From Candidatus Omnitrophota bacterium (GTDB lineage Bacteria > Ratteibacteria > UBA8468 > B48-G9 > JAFGKM01), in contig JAMWCZ010000001.1 in NCBI GenBank assembly GCA_023819225.1, forward strand, positions 1 to 44,811: a stretch of 44,811 nucleotides of DNA, in the 5' to 3' direction. This document shows, piece after piece, positions 11,863 to 22,090 of this stretch. The notes under the pieces were generated by a model. That model did not search any database. It saw only the letters and a program-made list of their open reading frames with translations, and was not told the DNA's origin. The position numbers were made by a program, and so were the translations under genes. How positions within the stretch are numbered: position 1 is the stretch's first letter; each line of letters opens with the position of its first letter.

Positions 11863-12298
11863 CTGGGATGAATATTTCATCAGAATTGCTGAGCTGGTAA
11901 GCAGCCGTTCTACCTGTATAAGAAGGCATGTGGGAGCGGTTCTTGTGAAAGAAAAGAGAATTCTTGCAACCGGGTATAATGGCGCACCTTCTGGAATATC
12001 TCACTGTGAAGAAGTGGGCTGTATAAGAGAAAAGTTAAAGATACCCTCCGGGGAAAGGCACGAATTATGCAGGGGATTACATGCAGAACAGAATGCTATT
12101 ATTCAGGCAGCATATCATGGTGTTTCTATAAAGGGAAGTATCCTTTATATTATCTGTCATCCTTGCAGTGTATGTGCAAAGATGATTATAAACGCAGGTA
12201 TAGGAGAAATTGTAATAAAAAGCGGATATCCTGACAGGATGGCAGGAGAACTTTTGAGTGAAGCAGGCGTGAAAGTCCGTGTAATCTCTCAAAAGTAG
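11834..12298 (+). CDS. deoxycytidylate (dCMP) deaminase / ComEB-type cytidine-deaminase-fold protein
   Basis: RPDWDEYF N-terminus with zinc motifs HAEQNAI and [10 protein letters not shown] strong AAGGAG SD lies 8 nt before the ATG. The gene overlaps the glyA 3' end by 29 nt. Confidence 0.85.
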   Translation: MNSPSIHRPDWDEYFIRIAELVSSRSTCIRRHVGAVLVKEKRILATGYNGAPSGISHCEEVGCIREKLKIPSGERHELCRGLHAEQNAIIQAAYHGVSIKGSILYIICHPCSVCAKMIINAGIGEIVIKSGYPDRMAGELLSEAGVKVRVISQK

Positions 12299-12303
12299 CA
12301 ATA

Positions 12304-13902
12304 ATGGAAAAATATCATATACCACCACTGGTCAAAAAAATCCTTTTAGCCAGAGGTTATAAAACAGAAAAATCCATGTTAAATTTTCTATATAATGGAC
12401 TCTCAAGTATTTCCGAGCCATTCTTTATACCTGATTTAAAAAAAGCGTGCGAGGTACTGAAAGAAGCCATATTTAAAAAAGAGAAAATATTTGTCTACGG
12501 AGATGGAGATACTGATGGGATATGTGCTTCTTTTCTTCTCTTAAATTTTCTTAAAGTTGTGGATGCAAATTTTTCATTTCGCCTTACCCACAGATTAGAC
12601 GAGGACTATGAGATAGAAGAGCCACTTATAGATGAACTTGCAGAAGAAGGATACTCACTCCTGATTTCTGTGGACTGTGGAATTTCTTCTTATCCAGCAC
12701 TCAAAAAAGCAAGGGACTATGGAATAAAGGGAATAATCCTTGACCATCACATAGGAGAACCATCTGAACTTCCATCCTTTCATATATATGTAAATCCCTG
12801 GTTGAAAAAGAAATGGCCCGAAGGAACTGAAAATTTAAGTGGTGCAGGTATTGTATATAAGTTTATAGAAGGAATGGGAATTTTGCTGCCTGGAGTTAGA
12901 GAAAGAATATATAACTTACCTGAATTAGTATCCCTATCAATTATAGCGGACTCTCTTCCTCTAACGGGAGAAAACAGGGTATTTGTAAAAGAAGGGCTTC
13001 GCAGAATGCCTTTTACAAAAATTAAGGGGCTGGCATTTCTTATTGAAAAAAACAACCTCAATATTCCGTTAAATCTGAAGGATATATCAATGAGAATAAT
13101 TCCTCGACTTAACTCTCCCGGAAGATCTGGAAAACCAGATGTTGCTCTGAATCTGTTAATAGAAAACGACGACCCCTATATCAAAAAAATAGTTGAAGAG
13201 ATAGAACAGTTGGACAGGGAAAGATATCAAATGGTAGCAAAAACTATGGATAAAATCAAAAAAAGGGATATAGAAAAGGGTATTGTGATTTCAGAGAAAA
13301 TATCTCCCGGAATATGTGGAATTATTGCTTCACGATTAACGGGGAAGTATTGTAAACCATTTATGGTAGGACATCTCTCAAGCAATTTCTTAAAAGGGTC
13401 TATAAGGGCACCGGAGAATTATAACCTCTATAAAAAACTTAAACCACTAAAAAAATATATGTTATCTCTGGGAGGGCACAAAGAGGCAATGGGGTTTAAG
13501 TGTTCTGTTGCCAACATTCCAAAAATAAAAAATTTTTGGGAAAATATAAAATGGGAATTTGATAAAAAAACAGATGGTTATGATTGTATTTTTGATATCA
13601 CGGACCTTAATCCTTCTATAATAGAAGAGGTCACCAACTATTTACAACCATTTGGTAAAGGGAATCCTGAACCTGTTTTTTTCTGTAAAGATGTTCATCT
13701 AAAAAATGTCTCTGTTAGGAATAATGAAAATAACAGAACTTTTTGGCTAAAGAAAAAAGATGCTATCTACGAAGCTTTTTCCCCCGACACTATGCATAAT
13801 TTTACCAGGTGGGCAGAAAAGGTAGATATTCTTTATACACCTTATATCCGCAAACACAATAATCTTTACAGGATAATCATTAAAATAATTGGGATTTACT
13901 GA
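12304..13902 (+). CDS. recJ: single-stranded-DNA-specific exonuclease RecJ (DHH/DHHA1)
   Basis: GDGDTDG, DCG, DHH (ILDHHIGE) and GGHKEAMG motifs in order. Confidence 0.8.
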   Translation: MEKYHIPPLVKKILLARGYKTEKSMLNFLYNGLSSISEPFFIPDLKKACEVLKEAIFKKEKIFVYGDGDTDGICASFLLLNFLKVVDANFSFRLTHRLDEDYEIEEPLIDELAEEGYSLLISVDCGISSYPALKKARDYGIKGIILDHHIGEPSELPSFHIYVNPWLKKKWPEGTENLSGAGIVYKFIEGMGILLPGVRERIYNLPELVSLSIIADSLPLTGENRVFVKEGLRRMPFTKIKGLAFLIEKNNLNIPLNLKDISMRIIPRLNSPGRSGKPDVALNLLIENDDPYIKKIVEEIEQLDRERYQMVAKTMDKIKKRDIEKGIVISEKISPGICGIIASRLTGKYCKPFMVGHLSSNFLKGSIRAPENYNLYKKLKPLKKYMLSLGGHKEAMGFKCSVANIPKIKNFWENIKWEFDKKTDGYDCIFDITDLNPSIIEEVTNYLQPFGKGNPEPVFFCKDVHLKNVSVRNNENNRTFWLKKKDAIYEAFSPDTMHNFTRWAEKVDILYTPYIRKHNNLYRIIIKIIGIY

Positions 13903-13946
13903 GCAAAGTCAAACTACTAAACAAATTTTTCTAAGAAATACTTCTT

Positions 13947-14159
13947 TCATATTTTCTCCGCCACAATTGGAGTGGCTTTTTTCACCTTTCCTGCTTTGAG
14001 ACATTTTGTACACACATTTATCCGTCTTCTCTTACCCTCTATATCAGCAAGAATGGTCTGGATATTAGGTTTCCACACCCGTCTGGTCTTTACATTTGAA
14101 TGGCTTTTGCTATTTCCTGTTTTACTCCTTTTTCCGCATATTTCACATACTTTACCCAT
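13947..14159 (-). CDS. rpmB: 50S ribosomal protein L28
   Basis: MGKVCEICGKRSKTGNSKSHSNVKTRRVWKPNIQ. Start re-picked at ATG 14159, preceded by GAGGAG. The longer track ORF would overlap the neighbouring gene. Confidence 0.85.
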   Translation of the reverse strand: MGKVCEICGKRSKTGNSKSHSNVKTRRVWKPNIQTILADIEGKRRRINVCTKCLKAGKVKKATPIVAEKI

Positions 14160-14172
14160 AAATATCTCCTCT

Positions 14173-15906
14173 TTATATCTTTCCTTCTGTTTTAAGCATC
14201 TTTTTGACCCTATTAGCATACTCGTTTTCAGGGGCTATTGTCAAGACCCTGTCAAGATAAGCCACCGCTTCAGGTATATTATTTAAAAACATAATGTTTA
14301 TTGAAGCCATTGTACATAGTACATCTATGTCATAAGGATTGAACCATTCAGCCCATCTATAATAAGATAACGCTTTATTATATTCGCCTTTTCTCATATA
14401 TATAACTCCAAGGTTATAGTCCGTCTTTGCATAATGAGGGAAAATATAATTATTTATCTTCAAATAAATTGCCTCTGCCTTATTTAGCTGTCCAGATTCT
14501 CCATAAGCAAAAGCAAGTTTATACCATGCTTCATAGTTATACGGATTTAAAATACATACTACTGAATAATTATCTATTGCCTTTTTCAAATTACCATCTT
14601 CTCTTGCCCAGACACCTCTTTTAAAATAGATATCTGGTACAATCCTATAATAGAAAGTGAACACACACATAACAAAACCAGTTATCCCTATTGTATACCA
14701 TAGAGTCCTTGAGATATTTAACCTAAACTCCACTTTATTTTTAATATACCCTGTAGAGACCCCGAGCAAAAACCAGAAATACATTGCAGTTGAAGGATTT
14801 CTTAAATTTGTTGAGAAAATATTATCAATTAACACCGCAGAAATTCCTGCTATACATCCTTTGATACACATCTCATCAAATTTTTCACTCTCTTCTCTTT
14901 TATGTCTAACACTAATTATAATAATCAATACCAAACCCAAGAAAAGAAGGAGTCCCATTAACCCTGTTTCTACCCATATATGAAGGTACTCATTGTGAAC
15001 CTGCGTTGTTACAGGCGTTGATTCCACTTGTAAAAAATACTCTCTTATTCTGTAATATGGATAGAAAAATGGAAAATTCCCCAGTCCCCATCCAGTAATG
15101 GGTTTTAATTTTATCATTTTAAAAGCGCCTCTCCATATATACCATCTTATATTTGTAATAAACCATTGATAGAATCGCTGTGATAAAAAAACAGCCGTTA
15201 TAAAAAATACTATATAACCTGAATATTTTTTTATTTCCTTTCTCTTATAACTTAAAAATATTAAAGTGGCTATACTAAAAACAGAAGCAAGAATGGCAGC
15301 CCTTGATTTCGTTGCAAGGATACTTAAAAAAAATAAAATGGCACAGGTAAGTAATAAATTTCGCTCAATTTTTTTATTATCACCAGCAAGATATAATGCA
15401 CAGGCAAGTGGAAAAATCATCAATATATGACCTGCAAAAAAGTTGGGATTTCCAAAGGTTGAAACCACATATCTTCTAGGCCCTATAAAATTTCCCAGAG
15501 CAATTACCGAAGCGATAAAACCCGCAGATACCCATAAATAAATATCCTTCCTGTCCAGTTTTATATTCAGAGCAACAAGAAAAATTAAAAAATAAAGGAT
15601 ATAATTTTCTAGCGCCTGTGCTGCACCATATCCAAATGGAGATATAAAGCAAGAGACAAGGAGCCAGATTGCAAAACCAGAAAATATAATGAAAGTTCTT
15701 TTCTCTATTGTGAACTCTTTTTTATTTATAACAAAAATAGCAGAAATAAGAATGCATAGGAGATAACCAGTAATGTTCTTTATTGTTGTATAATCATAAG
15801 CAGGCTTAAAAAGTATAAGTGGCCCGATAAAAAGAAAAATAAATAGTGCTACTGATTTATATATTTTATATATATCCCTTGCTCTTGTTTTCCTCTGTTT
15901 TTTCAT
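14173..15906 (-). CDS. O-antigen ligase (Wzy_C)-like polytopic membrane protein fused to C-terminal TPR repeats
   Basis: About 10 TM helices with a large loop (QVHNEYLHIWVETG region) and a C-terminal ~150 aa of TPR-like repeats (AIDNYSVVCILNPYNYEAWYKLAFAY...). Confidence 0.7.
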   Translation of the reverse strand: MKKQRKTRARDIYKIYKSVALFIFLFIGPLILFKPAYDYTTIKNITGYLLCILISAIFVINKKEFTIEKRTFIIFSGFAIWLLVSCFISPFGYGAAQALENYILYFLIFLVALNIKLDRKDIYLWVSAGFIASVIALGNFIGPRRYVVSTFGNPNFFAGHILMIFPLACALYLAGDNKKIERNLLLTCAILFFLSILATKSRAAILASVFSIATLIFLSYKRKEIKKYSGYIVFFITAVFLSQRFYQWFITNIRWYIWRGAFKMIKLKPITGWGLGNFPFFYPYYRIREYFLQVESTPVTTQVHNEYLHIWVETGLMGLLLFLGLVLIIIISVRHKREESEKFDEMCIKGCIAGISAVLIDNIFSTNLRNPSTAMYFWFLLGVSTGYIKNKVEFRLNISRTLWYTIGITGFVMCVFTFYYRIVPDIYFKRGVWAREDGNLKKAIDNYSVVCILNPYNYEAWYKLAFAYGESGQLNKAEAIYLKINNYIFPHYAKTDYNLGVIYMRKGEYNKALSYYRWAEWFNPYDIDVLCTMASINIMFLNNIPEAVAYLDRVLTIAPENEYANRVKKMLKTEGKI

Positions 15907-15915
15907 ACTCTCCTC

Positions 15916-17205
15916 TCAAAACGCATTCTTTATAGCCCCTGGTGAAAGCAGTATTATTGCTATATCTAACCATATATTCCAGTTTTCAATGTAATATAGG
16001 TCGTACTGAAACCTTTCTTCCGGTTCAATATGTCCTCCTCTAAGTCCATGAACCTGTGCCCAACCAGTAAGTCCAGGTTTTACTCTTAAACGTAAATTAA
16101 AATAGTCCTGTTCAATCATAAATCTGTCTTCTATTGATATCGGACGTGGCCCAACAATAGACATATCACCGTCAAGGATATTAAATATCTGAGGAAGTTC
16201 ATCAATATTATACCTTCTTAATATCCTGCCTGTTCTGGTAATACGACTATCATCTGGACTTGTAAAAGGTATGGCTATATCCGGTACAATTTTCATTGTT
16301 CTGAACTTATATATTCTGAAACTCTTACCTTTATATCCCACCCTTTTCTGTCGGAAAAAAATAGGTCCTTTAGAATCCGCAAGAATAACAATACAAAACA
16401 GGGGTAGGATTATACAGAAGAGAAGAAAAACTATACCTCCTGCTGTTATATCCAGAACTCTTTTTAATACCCTGCCAGGAAATTTTTCAACAGTTACTCT
16501 TCCTGTGACAATCAGCGGAAGACCATCTATATCTTCCATTGAGCCGGAGTGAAAAAACTGGTATATCTCGGGAATAAGATAAAGATGGGTTTTTCTCTCC
16601 TCTGCTATTCTGTAAAGTTTAAGATTTTCTGAATAATTTTTAGGAGTAGCGATAATAAAGGAGTATCTATACTTATTCAATTTATCCTCTATCAAATCAT
16701 CTATAAATTCTGGTAAAATGTCTATTTTTATAGAAGGATATCTGAGATTGAGCCGCTTTATCAGAGAGTTTATCTGTTTTCCCTGTCCAATTAGAAGAAG
16801 TTTCTTTTCTACATTGCTTTCTATCTTTGTAGAAATATAGTGAGAAATCCACAGGAAGACAAAAGAAAAAAGCACTGCAAATCCTACGGCCAGCCGTGAA
16901 TATGCAAATCCCCTGTAGAAGAATGTTCCCGCTGTAAGTACTATTACCATCCAGAAAGTAGATTGAATAAGCAGGGCAAATTCTTTGATAAAATTTGGGA
17001 ATAATCTCTCTGTATATATACCAAAAGATACAAGCACTATAAGATATATAACAATCGCAAACAGGGTGATATTAAGATAAAAATGGATGGAAGGTATCCC
17101 TTTATATACAAAAAGCCCTGAATAGAACCTGAAATAATAACCAAGTAAAAAGGATATAAAAATAATAAGCCCATCAATAAATACCAGAATTTTTCTACTT
17201 CCCAT
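15916..17205 (-). CDS. polyprenyl-phosphate sugar-phosphate transferase (WbaP/bacterial sugar transferase family)
   Basis: C-terminal catalytic domain with KFRTM, DELPQIFNILDGDMSIVGPRP and an N-terminal multi-TM region. Confidence 0.85.
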   Translation of the reverse strand: MGSRKILVFIDGLIIFISFLLGYYFRFYSGLFVYKGIPSIHFYLNITLFAIVIYLIVLVSFGIYTERLFPNFIKEFALLIQSTFWMVIVLTAGTFFYRGFAYSRLAVGFAVLFSFVFLWISHYISTKIESNVEKKLLLIGQGKQINSLIKRLNLRYPSIKIDILPEFIDDLIEDKLNKYRYSFIIATPKNYSENLKLYRIAEERKTHLYLIPEIYQFFHSGSMEDIDGLPLIVTGRVTVEKFPGRVLKRVLDITAGGIVFLLFCIILPLFCIVILADSKGPIFFRQKRVGYKGKSFRIYKFRTMKIVPDIAIPFTSPDDSRITRTGRILRRYNIDELPQIFNILDGDMSIVGPRPISIEDRFMIEQDYFNLRLRVKPGLTGWAQVHGLRGGHIEPEERFQYDLYYIENWNIWLDIAIILLSPGAIKNAF

Positions 17206-18292
17206 ATTTCAGTCCTGTAAAAATCTTCTCATATCCATCTACAACATCTTCCCATCTGTATAAATTTAATGCCCTTTCTTTTGCTTTCTGCCTTAAGGAA
17301 TTTAAAATCTGCTGGTTTTCAAGCAATAATTCAATGTTTTTTTTAAGTTCTGACACATCCTTAAAATATAGCCCTGCATCTCCTAAAACTTCTCTGTTAA
17401 AAGGAACATCAAAGGCAATAATACAGTTTCCACTACCCATTGCTTTCAGCAGTGCAGGATTTGTTCCTCCTACCTCATTACCATGGATATAAGCATAGGC
17501 ATTTATATGAAGTTCCTCTACATACCCTGCTTCATATACAGGGCCTAAAAATATTATCCTTCTATCTTTTATTTCCTGCAATTTCTTAACATATAAACTT
17601 TTCCAGTTAGCACCACCTGCAATAACAAGAAGTTTATCTGTCTTTACCTGCTGGAATGCCTCTACAGCCATATCCTGATGGTTTTCCGGTTCAAGACGGC
17701 TACCTATGAAAAAATATCCATCTGGTTGTAATCCATACTTTTTAATAACTGCAGGGTTTTTACTTTCAATATGTGGTGCCCCATAAGGCACATAAACACT
17801 TTCCCTATTGTACTTTTTAAGATAATAATCTTTTATTGCCTTTGCATCAGAGACCACAACATCAGCAATAAAAGAGGAAAAAAACTCAGCGAATTTATAA
17901 TACATTTTCGCTATCTTTCCCCACTTCGCTCTTTTCCACTCAAGTCCATCTACATTTATTATAACCTTCTTCCCGAAAATCTTCGTGATAATAGCAAGAG
18001 GGCTATTAGCAGAATTAAAAATAAGTATCACATCAGGGTTCCAGATAAGAACACGCAGTATACTGAAGAATGTGTGAGAAAATGTATCTGTTATCTTACC
18101 GGGGATACTAACAGGATAACAGAGTTCTACTCCTTTATACAATCTATGCCTTTCCGGATATAGATATCTTCTGGATGAAACAAGAACCCTATGTCCTTTT
18201 TTAATAAGCCCTACACTCAACTCCTCTGCACAGGTCTCAAATCCACCATACCTTGCAGGCACTCCCCTTGTTCCCACTATCGCTATTTTCAT
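17195..18292 (-). CDS. glycosyltransferase (GT1/GT4 fold with DUF1972-like N-terminus)
   Basis: MKIAIVGTRGVPARYGGFETCAEEL N-terminus. The track start at 18307 is GTG; ATG 18292 was preferred. Confidence 0.8.
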   Translation of the reverse strand: MKIAIVGTRGVPARYGGFETCAEELSVGLIKKGHRVLVSSRRYLYPERHRLYKGVELCYPVSIPGKITDTFSHTFFSILRVLIWNPDVILIFNSANSPLAIITKIFGKKVIINVDGLEWKRAKWGKIAKMYYKFAEFFSSFIADVVVSDAKAIKDYYLKKYNRESVYVPYGAPHIESKNPAVIKKYGLQPDGYFFIGSRLEPENHQDMAVEAFQQVKTDKLLVIAGGANWKSLYVKKLQEIKDRRIIFLGPVYEAGYVEELHINAYAYIHGNEVGGTNPALLKAMGSGNCIIAFDVPFNREVLGDAGLYFKDVSELKKNIELLLENQQILNSLRQKAKERALNLYRWEDVVDGYEKIFTGLKYGK

Positions 18293-18386
18293 TTTTTTAT
18301 TATACACCTTGCCATACTAAAATAACAATCTTTATATTGCAAAAATTATTGCTGAATATTTATAGCATTGTGATATAATAAAATCT

Positions 18387-19019
18387 ATGGATATATCTTA
18401 TAAAATATCCGCATGGAACAGAAATAGAAAATGGAAAATTTTCACAACACTTTTCAGAATAGATGAAAATGTAAAAATTCTTGATATTGGATATCAATCT
18501 ATAGAATATAGGGATATTGACAATTATCTTGAAAAACATTATCCATATCCAGAAAAAATCACTGCTCTTGGAATAGAAGAACCCACAAATTTGATGAAAA
18601 AATATCCAAAAATAAAAACAATTAGATATGATGGGATTACCTTTCCTTTTGAAAATAAGGAATTTGATATTGGCTGGTCTAATGCTGTTTTGGAACATGT
18701 AGGTGATAGAAATACACAGATACACTTTTTAAAGGAGATTAATAGGGTTTGTAAGTCATTTTTCATTACCACACCCAATAAATTTTTTCCTGTAGAGATT
18801 CATACTAAAATTCCTCTTCTTCATTTTTTATTACCTGAAAGGTGGTTTGATATTATAATAAAACTGATAGGAAAATCATGGGCTACGGGAAACTATATGA
18901 GATTGTGTTCAAAAAAAGAGTTAAAAAAAATGTTAGCAGAAGCCGGCATTACTGGCTATAAAATAATAGAAAATAAATTGTTTCTTTTTACCATTGATTT
19001 TGTAATTTATAAAATTTAG
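18387..19019 (+). CDS. putative class I SAM-dependent methyltransferase
   Basis: ILDIG...NAVLEHVGDR pattern resembling Methyltransf_11. It is the only plus-strand gene in the polysaccharide locus. Its stop overlaps the convergent GT stop (TTAG). Confidence 0.5.
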   Translation: MDISYKISAWNRNRKWKIFTTLFRIDENVKILDIGYQSIEYRDIDNYLEKHYPYPEKITALGIEEPTNLMKKYPKIKTIRYDGITFPFENKEFDIGWSNAVLEHVGDRNTQIHFLKEINRVCKSFFITTPNKFFPVEIHTKIPLLHFLLPERWFDIIIKLIGKSWATGNYMRLCSKKELKKMLAEAGITGYKIIENKLFLFTIDFVIYKI

Positions 19020-20137
19020 AGAACTTTTTCATAAATCTTCGCTGTACTCTCTGCTGTCTTTTTCCATGAAAATTTCTGTGCTTGTTTTATTCCTTCTGCT
19101 TTTAGTTTCATTCTTAAATCAAAATTTGTAACTACGTTATTTATTGCCTTTGCTATCATCTCTACATCATAAGGGTCAACAAGAAAACAAGCATTACCTG
19201 CAATTTCCGGTAAAGAAGAGATATTAGAAGTTATAACAGGACACCCACACGCCATTGCTTCAAGAACAGGCAAGCCAAATCCTTCATAAAGGGAAGGATA
19301 AACAAATGCCTCAGCAAAATTGTAAAGACATACAAGGTCTTGTTCAGACACATAATCTGTCAAGACTATCCTTTCTTTAAAATTAGAATTTCTTATCTCA
19401 TCAAATATTTCATTGTAAAGCCATAACTTTTTACCAACGATTACTAAGTTATAAGGAAACCTTTCATTGTTTTTCACAAGTGAGACAAATGCCTTTATCA
19501 GCCTGGAAAGGTTTTTTCTTGGCTGAAGGTTAGAGACGGAAAGAATATATGGCTTTGTTATACCGTATTTTTTAAGAACCCCCTTATTTTTTTCTATATC
19601 AATAGTCCCGAAAGTTTCTGAAACACCGTTATAGATAACTTCAACTTTTTCATCTTCTATCCGATAAAACTTTATTATCTCCTTTTTTGAAAACTCAGAA
19701 ACAGTTATAATTTTCCTTGCTTTTCTTACACTATAAAGAAGAGATATTCTTAATCTCCAGTAGATTTCCTTCGGGAAAAACTCTGGAAATCTAAGAAAAG
19801 ATACATCATGCAAAGTAATAATTCCAGGGCAGTGACTGATAAGTGGTAGATGATACTGGGTATGAAGTACATCCAATTTTTCAGTATAGGTCTTAATAGA
19901 AATATCCCTTAAAAATCTTAAATATGCCCGGCGCGAAATACTAACAATTGAAAAATGCTCATTATCAAGTAAAAAGTCAGGAATATTAATGTTCTCTGAA
20001 ATAAAAACAATATAATTAAAACAGGGATGTTTAATAGATAAAAGTCCTTTAAGTAGTCCAATAGCATATGTTTCGTTCCCCCCCTGTTTCAAACCAATTG
20101 CGTGTGCATCTATTCCGATATTCTTTTCTCTTCTCAT
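19016..20137 (-). CDS. glycosyltransferase family 4 (GT-B)
   Basis: EGFGLPVLEAMACGCPVITSNISSLPEIAG motif. Confidence 0.85.
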   Translation of the reverse strand: MRREKNIGIDAHAIGLKQGGNETYAIGLLKGLLSIKHPCFNYIVFISENINIPDFLLDNEHFSIVSISRRAYLRFLRDISIKTYTEKLDVLHTQYHLPLISHCPGIITLHDVSFLRFPEFFPKEIYWRLRISLLYSVRKARKIITVSEFSKKEIIKFYRIEDEKVEVIYNGVSETFGTIDIEKNKGVLKKYGITKPYILSVSNLQPRKNLSRLIKAFVSLVKNNERFPYNLVIVGKKLWLYNEIFDEIRNSNFKERIVLTDYVSEQDLVCLYNFAEAFVYPSLYEGFGLPVLEAMACGCPVITSNISSLPEIAGNACFLVDPYDVEMIAKAINNVVTNFDLRMKLKAEGIKQAQKFSWKKTAESTAKIYEKVL

Positions 20138-20151
20138 ATTGCAATAAAATC

Positions 20152-21945
20152 CTACTTTTCCATCTCTGCTAATAATTTTCTGGCATCTTCAAATTCAGGA
20201 TTTATCTCCAATGCCTTTTTAAGATATTTCTCTGCCTGTATATACTCATTTTTTAGATAATAAGTCAGCCCTAAGTTAAAATATGCAAGGTCAAAATTAG
20301 GTTTCAAAGATGTAGCATTAAGGAAGCAAGGAATTGCCTCATCATATTTACCTGTATTAAGGTAAAGTATTCCTAAATTGTTATGTACATCTGGCACAAT
20401 AGGATTTAATTTCAATGAATAAAGAAAACTTTCCTCTGCCTCTTTAAAATACATTAGATAAAAATATATCAAACCAAAATTATTGTATAAAGTATCACTA
20501 TATGGTTCATATTTCTTTTGCATAATGAGATATCTGTATGCCTTTTTATATTCAGCCTGTTTTGTTGCTAACTTGGCTGCCATAAAAATTCCTTCAGATG
20601 AAAATGGATTATACACTACTGATTTTTCTGCAAACATAAGTGCCTTTTCGCCTTTCAAACTTTTAGCAAAGAAGATGCACCTACTTGCCTTTATACCCAT
20701 AATACTAACAATGCTCCCCACAAGAGTAAAAAGGACGAGATATATTTTCAACAGAGAATAGTTAACTTTTACAGGTTTTTCACCCTTTAACTTCCTGTAT
20801 AAACCACCAGCAAAGGAAATATTCACCCAGAAAATAAGTAATGTAGCAGGATTTTTAAAAGGAAATGACGCCAAAGCATTAACACATATCCCAACTACTG
20901 AACAAATAATACCCGCTACCAATAACCTCTTTTCTCTATCAAGTCCCTTATATAAAATAAAACAAACCTGGAAAAAACAATATAAAAGATAAAGAAAAAG
21001 AATAAGACCAGGAATACCTGTCTCTGCTGCCACCTCTAAATAGTCATTATGCACCCTATCAACCACAAGTGATACTCCCCGCAACGCTTCTTCCCCTATC
21101 CCATAGTAAGGATAGTTTATAATAAAATTACCAGAACCTACACCCATAAAAGGATTCTCTCTTATCATTTTTAAACTAACCTTCCAGATTAATATCCTGC
21201 TTGTTATTGTCCCCCTCTCAAATCTCTTAACTTCAGAAAAACCTATACGAGAAAAAAGTAAAATAATAAGTATAAATACTACCTTGCTCCTTACTGGTAT
21301 CTTCACACCAGCAAGTATAAAAAATATAATAACGGAAACAAAAAAGGCAAGATAACTTGCACGGGTAAAAGTAAAAATAAGATGAACTATTGAAAAAACA
21401 CATACTATATATAAAAACCACTTCTTTTCTCTTAATGCTAAATAGTAAATATATGGAATTACCATCACAAGATATTCAGCAGCAAAGTTCCGCCTGCCTA
21501 ATGTAGATAATGCACTGTTTCTTACCTCCCATCTTAAAAAATCAATACCACTTACCTGTAAAATTCCATAAACAGAAACAATAAAAGTTATTCCTACTAC
21601 ATACTTTATAAAAACGTCTATAACTGTATTATCTCTTGCTACAAGATTCTCCAGTGAAATATAAAATGTGATAAAAAGTATAAAAAGTAAAATACTGTGC
21701 AAACCAGCAAAGATATTGATGCATTTAGTAAGGGTTATGACAGACCAGATAAAAAATAGACCTACAGGTAAAATGAAAGTATTACAATACCCAAACAACC
21801 TCTCCTTTATACCTAACCAAAAAAGTAAAACCGTTGTGAAAAATATCCAGACAAACTTGGGCAAATGAAAGGTACTACTTAGATAGGGCAAAAATATTAA
21901 TGGGGTAAGAGAAACTAATAAAAGATATAATTTTTTTTGTTTCAT
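20152..21945 (-). CDS. O-antigen ligase (Wzy_C)-like membrane protein fused to C-terminal TPR repeats (second paralogue)
   Basis: Same architecture as 14173..15906, with VHNDYLEVAAETG in the large loop and C-terminal TPRs (NNLGILYLNTGKYDEAI, YFNLGLTYYLKNEY). Confidence 0.7.
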   Translation of the reverse strand: MKQKKLYLLLVSLTPLIFLPYLSSTFHLPKFVWIFFTTVLLFWLGIKERLFGYCNTFILPVGLFFIWSVITLTKCINIFAGLHSILLFILFITFYISLENLVARDNTVIDVFIKYVVGITFIVSVYGILQVSGIDFLRWEVRNSALSTLGRRNFAAEYLVMVIPYIYYLALREKKWFLYIVCVFSIVHLIFTFTRASYLAFFVSVIIFFILAGVKIPVRSKVVFILIILLFSRIGFSEVKRFERGTITSRILIWKVSLKMIRENPFMGVGSGNFIINYPYYGIGEEALRGVSLVVDRVHNDYLEVAAETGIPGLILFLYLLYCFFQVCFILYKGLDREKRLLVAGIICSVVGICVNALASFPFKNPATLLIFWVNISFAGGLYRKLKGEKPVKVNYSLLKIYLVLFTLVGSIVSIMGIKASRCIFFAKSLKGEKALMFAEKSVVYNPFSSEGIFMAAKLATKQAEYKKAYRYLIMQKKYEPYSDTLYNNFGLIYFYLMYFKEAEESFLYSLKLNPIVPDVHNNLGILYLNTGKYDEAIPCFLNATSLKPNFDLAYFNLGLTYYLKNEYIQAEKYLKKALEINPEFEDARKLLAEMEK

Positions 21946-22090
21946 ATGACATCCTATCTAAAATTTTCCTCACTGTAATAATAATATTTTATATCTAAAA
22001 TGTCTAATGTTTAATTGGTTTTTAATAAAAAATATGATATTATACAAAATAGGCATCTTTTATTGTAATACAAAAAAAGGAGGATAAAAT

